From: the human T2T-CHM13v2.0 reference genome, Homo sapiens
Length of the DNA stretch: 64,000 nt
NCBI RefSeq assembly: GCF_009914755.1
Contig: NC_060931.1
Strand: one strand, 5' to 3'
Below the pieces are notes generated by a model. The model had not been told where the DNA came from, made no database searches, and worked only from the letters and a program-made list of their open reading frames with translations. Positions within the stretch are counted from its first letter, which is position 1. Each line of letters begins with the position of its first letter. Shown here one piece after another: positions 52,700 through 64,000 of this stretch. Made by a program: the position numbers and the translations under genes.

Positions 52700-53152
52700 T
52701 TATATGGTTTGGGTCTCTGTCCCCAACAAAATCTTATGTTGAAATGTAATCCCCAGTGCTGGAGGTGGGGCCTGTTGGGAGGTGATTGGATGATTGTGGC
52801 GGATTCTCATGGGGCCTGTTGGGAGGTGATTGGATGATTGTGGTGGTTTCTCATGGTTTAACATCATCCAGCCTTGGTGCTGTTGCCACAATAGTGATTT
52901 CTCATGAGATCTGGTTGTTTAAAACTGTGTAGCACCTCTCCTTTCTATCCCTTGGTCCTGCTCCTGCTATGTAAGACGCCTGTTCCTACCTTGCCACCTG
53001 CCATGAGTAAAAGCTCCCTGAGGCCTCTCCAGAAGCTGATGCAACCATGCTTCCTGTACAGCCTGCAGAATTGTGAGCCAAATAGACCTCGTTTCTTATA
53101 AATTACCCAGTCTCAGGGATTTCTTTATAGCAGCAAGAGAAGGGACTAATAT
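52700..53152 (+). mobile_element. MSTA-type MaLR solo LTR with 44-bp internal tandem duplication
   Basis: 'tatggtttggg..tgtcccc..caaaatcttatgttgaaatgtaatcccc...cttcctgtacagcctgcagaa..gtgagccaa...aaattacccagtctcagg'. Confidence 0.92.
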
Positions 53153-54009
53153 AATGAGAAACAAATGACACAGCTAAGAAGGATAAACTAGAACATGGGA
53201 ATTAATGTAGAGCTATATCCCTAACCATTCATCCTCTCATAAAACCAGGAACATCACCCAGTGCTCAGCCTACTCCCAGGATGTATCTTCCCTGTCTGCA
53301 GAGCTACCTCTGTGAGGCTGTGGCATGGTGTCCACCCTCTCAGGGTTGGTGTTTCTGTCCTGTGCAGGTCTGTCTGTGGATGAGATCAAATTTCATTCTC
53401 TTCCATTAACTGGTCATGGGGAATTCCTCATTAGACCGCAGGTGTGGGAGGAAAAAGCAGTGAAGCAGTACAATCAGGTTGCCATGGACATCAGAGCCAC
53501 TTGCTTTTTTTGTGTGTTTAGTTGGCCTTTCTGTCCCTGTTCAGGCCTCATCTAATTTTTTATCACTTCCATTTTATCATGTAATATTTTAATACAAATC
53601 TAGCTTTAAGGTTTGGAGCATCAGGAAGCAAATAGTTCATCACAGAAAATTAGGGTTACATGGCTACATAGTGTCCTGTAATAAATTATTCAGTCTCCAG
53701 CAGGCTTGGAACAAGCCAGGCACTGCTTTTACAGTGCAGGGAAATGCAGGTATGGCTCATCACCAAACTCTCAGGGGCTGTGCTGTGACTCTCCTAACAA
53801 GGCTTTCTGAGGGCTCCCTAGACAAGAGTATATTATTTTCCATAAACACTTCTTGTGGCTTTGCTGGGTCATAAGGTGTACATGGCAGGGTGGCTGCCTG
53901 GATCTGCCTCAGAAACTTTTCTTGATCCCTCACCTTGCTCAAAACTGACAGTCCTGCAATTACACTTAAATGGGCAAAAACAGGAATATATATATACATA
54001 TATGGCATT

Positions 54010-54365
54010 TGTTGCCTCTAAAATCTAAAGAAACCCACCAAGCTAGGAAGGCTTTTAGCAGAAAGAATGGTTGCAGGCTTTCTCCAAGGTCACACAAAGT
54101 CACATCCTTCTCCTAGAGTCAACCTGTGTCCAACACCAGGTCAGTACAGGATATAAAAGGCCAGGTCTTCTTGCCCCAGGACAACTCTGAAGGCCCACAT
54201 CATCTTGCAGACCTATCCATATGATTGGCTAAGCCCTTTGGGAGGCTGAATCGCACCCTACCATGTCCTGTTTTTCTTTCTTCCTCACAAAGTGTTGATC
54301 AGAAGAGTTCAATACAGTGAGCTGCCTGCAGGTGAGTCTTCATCTCAGAGTCTGTCGTCTTGGAG
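54010..54365 (+). mobile_element. LTR16-like ERVL LTR
   Basis: 'ggatataaaaggcc...ggacaactctgaaggccc...attggctaagccc...cctcacaaagtgttgatc...catctcagagtctg'. Confidence 0.65.
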
Positions 54366-55271
54366 CAAAGGGGTGCAATCCATAGAAACAACTCACTCTA
54401 GAATAAATGCCACCACATCTCTAAGCTTCTGCAGGGTTGATCTCCTATCCTAGGTACCGACATACACAATTCAGGCCTCTGGGGTATGGTTACCTGTGCC
54501 CATCAGGTTCAGTGAGCCTGATATCATCAAAGTAAAGAAGAGTGTGATGTTCCGTGGGTAGGTCAAGTTTCCTCCAAACTAGAGTTTGAGAGAAAGCAAG
54601 GGAGTTGAGACAGCCCAGGGGCAATTTTCCTGTGGGTCCTGTCCTGCAAAGTTATCCTAATTTCCCTCACTAATGGTACTAAAGTGGGGGAAAAAAATCA
54701 TCAAGTCAATAGCTACATTGCTACCTACCGGAAGCCAGGACTTACATCCAATAAAAAAAAATACCACATCTCGCTCTACACAGGATTGCGAGGGTCACAT
54801 CATGGGGTTTACCCCAATCTGTTGTCATCATTTTCAAGACATGTGTGGCACTTGTACTTCATAGAGCTTGTCTGAATTTATCCCCATTCTCAGGACTCCT
54901 CTAGTCTTGCACTACAAAAAAAGTTACCAGAAAAAGAGATACGACTCACCATCCCACACTTCGCACTTCTCAGGACTTTTATTGTGGCACTGATCGTAGC
55001 TGAATTTCTCCTGGGGATGTTTTGTTGTTTATTTTTTTAACTTTTGTTTTGGAGGGTGGGAAGGTCCTAGAGATTGTTCAGGTCAACCTTCTCAGACACA
55101 AGGCATGAGAAAGCTGAGGGATTCTGAGGGATTGGAACTGAAAAATACAGGTAGGAAATATGTGAGATGTGAATCTGTCTTTTCTCCTGAAATTGGCTAC
55201 AACAGATATTCACATCAATTTTAATGATATGTTTATATCCAAACTCAGTTAGGAGTCTTAAAAAAGAGAGA

Positions 55272-55556
<285 letters not shown>

Positions 55557-56890
55557 TAACTCAGTAAAAGTCTTAATTTTCAGTGGATATTCAGGAAAGG
55601 AATGATCAGAGCAGACAGGAAAAAAAGAGCTCTTGGAAATTAAAAAATAAAACTATATATTTTTTTAAATCCACAAATAAACAATACCAAAATTGGCACA
55701 AAACTGGGACAGATGAATACCCAGATGACAAAATGAATATATTTGAGACATTTCTCAAATTATCGTTTAAGGCTGGTGTAAGGGCATGCTAACAACTTTT
55801 TGTATTGATTTAACAGCCAGGAAACTTGCTGAACAGTCTAAGTAGACCTGATGAATTGTAGATTCCCTTGGATTTTCTATGTAGATATTCATCTTATTGG
55901 CAGATAATGACAAGTTTCCATTCTGTCCTTACATTTCTTATTGCTTTTCTCATCTCAGTTTTCTCTGTAGGATGTCCTGTACAATGTAAGCAGACATTAT
56001 GATAGTAGGACTTTTATCTGCTTCCTGGCTGTGAAAGGAATGCATCTAGCAAGTCATCAATATGTATGACGTTTGTTAAGGTTTCTACAGATAATACAGA
56101 AATTTTCTGTGCTCCTTTGATGGAAAGAAATATTGGATTTCATTAAATATTTTTTCTGTCTCAGTTGAGATGGTCACGATTATTCTCCTGTTTGTCAATG
56201 GTAAATTATACCAATGAATTTATAAATGTTAAATAATTTATAAATGGTAAACCTAACTGGTAATAATTTGCTGATTTTACATAAATTGAAGAATTGGGCA
56301 AACAAACATTTATTCAGAATGCTTTTATATTATTTTCTTGTTGGAGATATCAATGCTATATAATCATGATAAAATAGATTAGAAGGTTTTTCTTCATTTC
56401 TATGCCCTAGAACACTTGGTATAAAATAGGATTTGAATCCCTAGTAATTTAGGAAAACTTTCCTAAGTACTTGGATCAGCAAAGGTCTTAATTTCTCAGT
56501 GATAGTATGTGTGTGTATACCCATGTAGAGTAAATACTCAATATTTATTGATTATAAGTCCTTTTTAGTTTCTTATTCTGAGTCAGTTTTGTTGCTATAG
56601 AATGATTTTTTCTAAGCTATAGAATGAATTTTTCATTTATTTTTTAATTTATTGGTGTAGCTGTTCATAGTATTTTCTTGTATTTTAAAAAATCTTGGGT
56701 TTATCCATAGTCATAATGTAACTAAACTATGGATAAACAAATATTATAGTCATAATACTTGTCCAATTCTATATTTAATCTTATTAAATTGTGCCTTGGC
56801 TCTTCTATATTTAATCCTATTAAATTGTGCTTCAGCTCTTGTGTTTTTGTAGTATTGTTATATTCTTAGTTGTTTACAATCTTGTCTACA

Positions 56891-57200
56891 TTTTATATTT
56901 ATTTATTTATTTATTTATTTATTGAGACAGAGTCTCACTCTATTGCCCAGGCTGTAGTGCAGTGGCACGATCTTGACTCACTGCAGCCTCTGCCTCCCAG
57001 GTTCAAGTGATTCTTCTGCCTCAACCTTCCAAGTAGCTGAGATTACACGCTCCTGCCACCATGCACAGCTAATTTTTTTTTGTATTTTTAGTAGAGACGG
57101 GGTTTCACCATGTTGGTTATGAACTCCTGACCTCAAGTGACCCTCCCACCTTGGCCTCCCAAAGTGCTAGGATTACAGGTGTGAGCTACTGCACCCAGCC
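56891..57200 (-). mobile_element. AluS with (TTTA)n tail
   Basis: Full antisense Alu with a small internal deletion near 57118. Confidence 0.95.
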
Positions 57201-58186
57201 ATTTTTTCATATTTTAAAAAATTTTATTTGTGTCTACTCTCTTTTGGGTTTTAAAACACTTGATTAGCATTGCTAGTTTATTACATTTTGAGCTCCTTAA
57301 ATACAGTTATTTAAGCTGTAAGTTTCATTCCTAGTTCTGCTTTAGCAGCTTTCTCCAAATTTATATGTTTGATGTTTTTATTTTCCATCAGGTCTAAATG
57401 TTCCATACTTTCTCAAACCACTCTTTTTTCAATTTTGTAGATCTTTGTCATATTTAACTTCATTTCATTATTTCCTGTGAGATGTTAATAATAATATTAG
57501 ATGAAACTTGCTCTGTGGACTCAAGTTTTGTCAGTTTTTCTAAATATATTGTGTTTTCTCTTATTTTTTCTAATTATTGGGTGTTTATTATATCAAGTTT
57601 TTTTGCTTCTTTATTTGTAATTAATGGAGATACTTAATTGTGTGTCAGTTTAGCCTTTTGCATATTAGATTTTGCTTTTTATATATTAAGCCTCTCTTCT
57701 CAGTTACAAGTATTTTCAGGATTATCATATTTCCCTATTCATTTATTCATTTGAACCCATTGGTTCTTTATCCTTACATTCTTTATTAGTACAGTGTTAA
57801 TATACTACATCATATTTTTCAGATTGGTGTTTTCTCCTTATAGCTTTTTTATGTATTCTGTCAGCATCCATGTGCTTTAATATTTTAATAATCATGACAG
57901 GAGCTTACAATCCAAGCTGAGAACTGGAAATTTAGAAGTCATGCTTCACCTGTTAACTGTTGTTGTGAATTTTATTGTATTTGAATTTATTTTTACTTTT
58001 TTTCCATTTTTGTTTTATTTTTGTCATATTTTCCTTTGTTAGATTTTTTTCCATCTCTGACTTTAACTGGTAGATCAAGTTTTCTTTATTTTATTTTTGA
58101 ACTTGTTTTGGTTATATATTCCTTCAGTAGTTGCTTAACATTTTAATATATATAAATGAGTCAGTATTTAAATTTACTCACTTTTA

Positions 58187-58485
58187 AGTCAGGCACAGTG
58201 TCTTATGCCTGTAATTCCAGCACCTCGGGAGGCTGAAGCAGGAGAACTGCTTGAGGCCAGAAGTTAGAGAGCAGCCTGGGCCATATAGCAAGATCCCATT
58301 TCTACAAAATATAAAAAGTTAACTGTGCATGTTGATGGTCTTCAGTAGTCCTAGCTACTTGAGAGACTGAAGTGGGAGGATCACTTGAGCCCAGGAGTTC
58401 AAGGTTACGGTGAGCTATGATGGCACCACTATACTCCAGCCTGGGTGAGAGAGAGAGAGATCCTGTCTCTAAAAAAACAAAAAAA
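58187..58485 (+). mobile_element. AluJ
   Basis: 'gcttgaggccag', 'ggatcacttgagcccaggagttcaaggtt..ggtgagctatgat' AluJ diagnostics. Confidence 0.92.
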
Positions 58486-58687
58486 TTAATGATAATAAAC
58501 TTATTCAAATCTCTAGTGCCTACTAAATAATAGAAAACCTTTTCCTTTAACATTCTGCAGTTTTAGTAGGATATGTCTCTATGTGCATTTAAGTAGTTTT
58601 CTTTTATATATGTTACTCTCAGGACTTAGGTCTCCACTCACTTTTAAGAAACCTCAGCACTATCTTGTTAGGTACAGTACTCACTGT

Positions 58688-59850
58688 CATTCATTTATTC
58701 ATTCAACAAATGTTTATTGAACTGTGACCCTGTGCCAGACACTAACCTAAATGTGGAGACTCAAGTTGTGACTGAAACAGTAAACATTTTTGCATTTACA
58801 GAGCTCATATTCTATTGGTGGTGCAAAACAAAATAAAGTAAAAAACAAAAGAAGTAAATTAATTGTATTGTCTGTCAGATAAGTGACACGAGGAATACAG
58901 AAGTTAAAGCAAGGGAGATGTTTTAATTATTTATTTATAGTCTAATGTATTCATGCCAAATTTAAGATATGATATGAAGGTAAATCCTCCTAGGTAATTG
59001 GGTATTTAAGCAAGAGCCTAAGGAAGAGCAGTAAATGGGCTCTAGGCATAGGAAGCAGCCCACAGATTTTGGGGTCCAGAAGACGTGAGTCTGTGGGACC
59101 AGAGCAAAGTGCTTGGGGGAGGAGGGAGCAGCAGGAGATGACCCTGGGACGCATGATGATGCAGAAAGGGGGCTCCCTGAGTGACTGTGGACTGGCTCTC
59201 CCTTGAGTTTGGGAAGCCGTGGGAGGGCTAAGAGGCAGAGGGCATAATGTAACCTATTTATAAGCACTAACTTGCTGTCTGTGGTGATAACAGATCCTCA
59301 AAGGACTGGGACAAAAACGGAGACACCCTGAGGATGCTCTTCACTGATGCTGGTGGTGACCTGAACAGAGGGTGGTAAAAGTGATGAGTTTATCAAAGGT
59401 TGTCACTTGAATGATGGCCAGTGTGATTTGCTGACAGGCCTGAAATGAGGTGCAAGAGAAATGACGCCCCAGGGCCTGGTTGAAGTTGAGGTTCACTGAG
59501 AAAGGCAGACAACAGGAGCAGATTTGTGTAGAACAAACAGGGCTTCAACTCTGGGAGGTCATGTGTGAGACACGCAGGAAACATTAAAATGGCAAAAAGA
59601 AGGGCTTTGGGTGAAAGAAAATGCAGTTTACTGGGAAAGATTTGGGGCTGAGATATAAACCGATAATCAACAGATAACTAATATTTAAAGCCATGTGGTT
59701 CCATGAAGTTACCAAGGAGGCAAGGAAAGGAAAGACAGGAGTAGGCTGAGCCCTGAGCCCTGGATGTAGTTCACGTGCAGAGACCAGGTGCCCCAGGCAA
59801 CAGGGAGCAGAAAGACCCCAGGGAGGGCGGATGTCAGGAATCCAAATGAA
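58688..59850 (-). mobile_element. L2 3' region
   Basis: 'cattcatttattcattcaacaaatgtttattga...tgtgccagacact...agagctcatattcta' plus degenerate body ('gggctgagatataa', 'tttaaagccatg'). Confidence 0.78.
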
Positions 59851-60058
59851 GGGAGCGTGCACAGAGGAGGGGCCACAACTGGGTTTACAAGCCTTGCTAC
59901 CACAGGCTGGCAGATGGAGTTTCACTTCCCTCCTGTTCAAGGAGACTTTCTCATTCACCTTTCAGGAGTCTCAGTGCTTGGTGGCCCCTCGTGCCTTCTG
60001 TTTCACGTGGGCACTCAACACCAGATCCCCCACGTTTCACTCTGCTCCCCTGTGCTGT

Positions 60059-60278
60059 TGTGAGAGGTATTGGAACCAGAGTCACTCCATCTTGAATAAC
60101 GGCTGCTTGAAATGAGGCCCTATGCTCTGCCTATGCTATGGAGCAGCTATTCTTTTTTCTTTTGCTTTCCAGATAAAATTGCTTTCACCTTATTCTGTGG
60201 ACTCGCCCTGAATTCTTTCTTGTGTGACATCCAAGAACCCTCTCTTGGGGTGTGGATCAGGACTCCTTTCCAGTAATA
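60059..60278 (+). mobile_element. MER41-type 5' LTR with large U3 deletion
   Basis: 5' end 'tgtgagagg..ttggaaccagagtcactccatcttgaata' fused at about 60118 to 3' end 'gctctgcctat...ctgtggactcgccctgaattctttcttg...ccaagaaccctctcttgggg..tggatcagga..cctttccagtaata'. Confidence 0.85.
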
Positions 60279-63200
60279 CCTTCCATGACAAACCACAAAG
60301 AGATGACAATGTAGAGACCCCTGACCCAAAAGAAATAGACTGCAGCACCAATTGGCTGGCTTTGTGTAAGTGGTGGGGTATTTTGTCATGGGTAAATGAT
60401 AGAATTGTGTTACGAGCCCAATTTTGGAAGGTTAGAGTTCCTCTTAATAAATAGGGGCTTAAAGGTGCCTCTTAGTAAAGCGCAAGGCCGTTGTCTGAAC
60501 TTGGATTAGAGGACCAACTTAGGAAGGTTAGAGTCCTAAGACAGAGGGGCTCAGAGGTCCTCCTCGGTAAGGCCCCATTTGGTTAAAAACAGATTTGGTG
60601 CTCTGATATGTTAACCACGGTTCTCTTTGGATTAATCTGCCTTGCACTCTGCTGATGGCTGTGGGTAACAGTATTAGGCATATGCCAGTTCAGGGGACAT
60701 GGGGAGCTTTCCTCCTCCAAAGGGGGAAACTTGAGAGCTAATGGAACTGCTGGAAAACGTCCCTTTATGACTGACAAGTGGCCACTTAAACTTTGATTCA
60801 GTGCTGCTGCAATGGGTGGGTCTTTCTTTGGTCTCCCTGAGCTTCTCTCCTTCCCAACCCTGCCACAGGCAATGCTTTTCTTCCTCCCCTTTCCTCCCCC
60901 CTCTTTCTCTCCTTTCCCTTTTCCATCTTTTCTGTCACTCAGGGTGACTATCCGCTCTTCCAGCTTGCCCAGAGACCACATTTTGAAACTCCTGATCAGA
61001 GATCATTCCACCCCATTTTGAGTGGATCAAAGATGACAGGACCCAACGGGGGCACATTTGAACCTTGCCAGGTTGATATTGGGTGCTGAGCAGGGTGGCT
61101 AGGGTCTATGTTTTGTCACATATATTTTGCTTCAGCCAGAATGGAAGTTGTTAATTCAGTTCCCCCCATGCAGCCTGTTGGGCAGCATCTTGATTGTGAG
61201 GCTTTTGCCTGTGGTTTTATGAAATGGAAAATGATGATTTTCTTTTATAACATGGCTTGGCCCCCATAGCTATGGCACAGCAAGCAGGGCCATCAAAGCA
61301 CTCAGAGAAGGGAAACCAGAAACCTGGCATGCAGGTAAAAGGGTAAGAATTTCTTACCATTCAGGCTTCTGGCCTCTGTCTTTCTGTGCAAACTGGTTGA
61401 ATGAATAGTAAAAATCACTGTCTCCTCTGAAAAGTTTTGATTAATGGGAAAAAATAATAATTATGAGGCTAGTCTTAGGCCGTAGTGAATGTGGTGTACC
61501 TTGTGCTATGAATTTGTCTTTCTGTGTTGTTCTGTCATAGAGGGGCTACTATGGATACAGTGTGGACTTAAAACCACTGTAAGTCCTCTCTTCAAGCTGG
61601 CTTAGCAAATTGGTTAGTTACAAACTGCTTCAGATCCCAGAAACAAAACCTGGATGAGATTTTTCTCTCTTTTGTTTTATGTCCTTGAGTGCTTAACCTT
61701 ATGACCATACGGGGATACTTTTCTTTTGGTCTGTGCCATCCAGAAGACAGGAATTTGGAGGTTCATGTCATAGCCCTAAAAATTATCTTGAGCAATTAAA
61801 AACTTTGGAAAGCTCAAAACTGACTGCTCTAGACTCCTTTTGGGAAGAACAATAGAAACTACCCAGTGCTGTAGCTCAGTAGTTAAGGTTTCTGTCTTTT
61901 CACAATGACAGTCTGGGTTCAATTCCCAGCTTAGGGAATGAGTCCTTTATGGTTTGATATTTGTGTGACCTTTGCAATTTATTGATTCTTTTCCCCTCCC
62001 TGAACAACTTCTGACTTCCTGTCTTGAATGTCCCTTTCTCTGAGCTACCTTTGGAAGTTCTAGATCTTGTAAAAAATGCTAACTACCTCTTTGAAAATAC
62101 TTAATATACCTATGGTTAAATAATCTTAGTTAAGGCTTATTTGTCTCACCTGGGAGGTTACCTTTGGTAAAGTCCAACAGCCAGAAATATTAGCTGTTTG
62201 TCCTGGCTAGAGTCAGGTAACAAGAGCTTTAAAAGAATTTTTTAAAAGAATACTATGGTTAAAAGTCAGCTCAACTAATAGCAAATATGCCAGCTATACA
62301 TATATTTAAGAGGCCTCTGTGTTTTTTTTTTATCTTCTTGGATTTTATTTTTCTAAATAAAAAGTTTGTTATTTTTTTACTTGGTCGACTGAATAACTTT
62401 TCTCCAGTTTGTTTTCATGCCACTCTTGATGCCCACGTAAGAGGACTTAAGATGATTTCTAACACCCTGGGTCTCCTAGGGAAAAACAGAAGAGGCACCA
62501 CAGATCCTGTTTGGGGAAATACCTCTGTTTTTCACATGGAACCCAGGGAATTGAAAGCAGGTAGATCCCTCTCGAAATAGAAGGCTGTGTTTTGTTTTGC
62601 ATTGCATTACCTGACATTTTTGTCTTTTGGGAATATCAGAAATTACTTTGGATTATGAGAAAGCTTTCAGCTCTGCTGTGTAATAACTAGGTAGGAAATA
62701 TACGTTTCAGGATGACTAATGGCAGTTATGGGGGATACTCTGCTCTTTGCACATTTGAATCAGAGGAACATGCTCTTGGCCACCTAGAAGGCATGAAAAA
62801 ATCTCCACCCCCCACTGTGATAAGACTCCATTGAGGGATGGGCTGATTTCCTCTTTTTTGGTTGGGATCTAGGACCTGTTATAAAATGATACCCTTAATT
62901 TGGGGGATCTGTTTTGCCTTCCAGTTGTGTCTTCTTATTGGGCCCTAAAAACTGCATGCTTTCCTGGCCCTGTTCCTTGTAGGGCTCCACACTGAAGCCG
63001 GTAATCCAACTAAGAAACTTAAAACTGGCAAATTAAAAATCTTACAACTACTGGATTTTCTTCTGTCTGTTTATTTATATGTGTTGTGTGTTTGATGTTT
63101 ATATAAATGAGCTCTAATTAATTTGCTTAAAGAAAAATAAGTGCTTAAATCAAATATTTTGTCAAAACAATAAAAACTTTAATGCTTCTTAATTCACGTG

Positions 63201-64000
63201 ACTTTAGTGATATTTAATAAATAAAGAGTTTTAAACATTATTGGTAAAATAAAAATGTGTTCAAAACTTACACATTTGGTCTAAATTAGGCAGGACAGAT
63301 ACTGTTTTTACTAAAACTACATAAACTGTATCTTTGACTTGATAATTTTTCAACTTACCTCATTGGGAACTGTTGGATTCTAAAGAAGGCTTGGGGACAT
63401 GTGGAGTTAGCCACGCCCCCTGGCTATGCTGAAAAGAGTATTTGTACTTCCGTCTGGTATCCTTGGCTCCATGCCTGGTACATAATTGAAATAGCTTACC
63501 TACCAGGTTTTTCACCAAAAATGAAAGTTGCTAAGAGTTATCATTGTAACGTACGTGACCGAGACTACTAAAGAACAGTTTTACATGATGGTGTATAAGA
63601 AAACTAGAATGTGTTTTCTGTGAAAAAAAAATAAGTGTAAGAATGTAGGTTTTTTTTTTCTTTTGCCTGGTTTAGAAGGTTAAAGGATTGTTTTAGGTTA
63701 GACAGGATAAAGCCAAAGGTTTGAGTGGTTCATGAAAGATTACTCTTATAAAAGAAATTATATGTATGAATATATTCTCTAAAGTTAAAAGGATACTATT
63801 GATTTGTTCTGCAAATTGAACATCAACACAACATGGTGTTCATTGATCTGTTCCTTAGCAAAAAAAATGTAAAGGATTGTAAAAGGTTTAAGAGAATCTT
63901 ACCTTATGGCCAAACTGATTAAGCCTGGATACTTCGTCTATAGGTCTCATTAAGGATAGAATTTGACCTTAATTGTACACTAATGCAAAAGGTGAAATTT
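60279..64000 (+). mobile_element. MER41/MER4-group non-autonomous ERV internal sequence (runs off the window)
   Basis: Follows the LTR with a degenerate PBS (tgacaaaccacaaagaga, cf. tRNA-Arg PBS TGGCGACCACGAAGGGA); MER4-group-like non-coding internal sequence with no gag/pol motifs seen. Confidence 0.75.
61867..61938 (+). pseudogene. tRNA-Glu(TTC)-like relic inside ERV internal region
   Basis: A-box-like tagctcagtag, anticodon loop ttTTCac (61897-61903), intact T-arm ctggg-ttcaatt-cccag with B box ggttcaattcc, and 3' end agggaa as in tRNA-Glu. Confidence 0.65.

Larger units (their letters stand above)
52560..55200 (-). pseudogene. pol: Ancient ERVL (class III) pol remnant with nested LTRs
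   Basis: Minus-strand relics: 'LPLGCLNSLAFSQTLVWRKLD' (cf. LPQGYxNSPALCHNxVxRDLD), 'LYFDDIRL' (cf. HYIDDIML) near 54515-54540, 'G*EINP', 'QEKFLRQIQAATLPCTPYDPAKP...QPLRVW' (cf. QEKALQQVQAA..LPLGPYDPADP..RPLGFW), plus RNase H-like sequence at about 53200-53570. Confidence 0.78.
55790..58600 (-). mobile_element. Ancient L1ME-like fragments hosting two Alus
   Basis: Degenerate antisense ORF2 ('gattcccttggattttctatgtagat', 'tctagcaagtcatcaatatgtatg'). Confidence 0.6.

Noticed and set aside
60400-60590. Degenerate repeated units (gg(g)ttagag...) resembling a spaced repeat array
   Set aside because: Irregular, diverged leader repeats of the MER4-group internal sequence; not CRISPR-like, and the context is eukaryotic.

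Overview
Primate (very probably human-lineage) non-genic DNA dominated by transposable-element fossils; I found no host protein-coding exon, RNA gene or CpG island. Positions 1-9080 hold a decayed class I (gamma-like, HERV9/HERV-W-related, probably HUERS-P3/MER61-type) provirus on the minus strand: 5' LTR, long leader with an Alu, gag, pro-pol and the SU part of env, with the rest outside the window. The middle contains Alus, L1s (two with inverted 5' parts, one with most of ORF2 deleted), MaLR/ERVL/ERV1 solo LTRs, hAT fossils, MIR/L2/L3, and a heavily eroded ERVL pol remnant with younger LTRs nested in it (about 52.6-55.2 kb). From 60059 to the end is a MER41-type element with an internally deleted LTR. 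Most interesting observations: (1) two small, tightly packed ORFs between pol and env, one reconstructing to a 61-aa two-TM-helix peptide whose stop overlaps the env ATG (candidate accessory cassette); (2) a 337-bp inverted, about 93% identical copy of the env segment 16 kb away with no LTR or poly(A); (3) a tRNA-Glu(TTC)-like relic inside the MER41 internal region. Subfamily names and consensus comparisons come from memory, not from a database search, and boundaries of old repeats are approximate.
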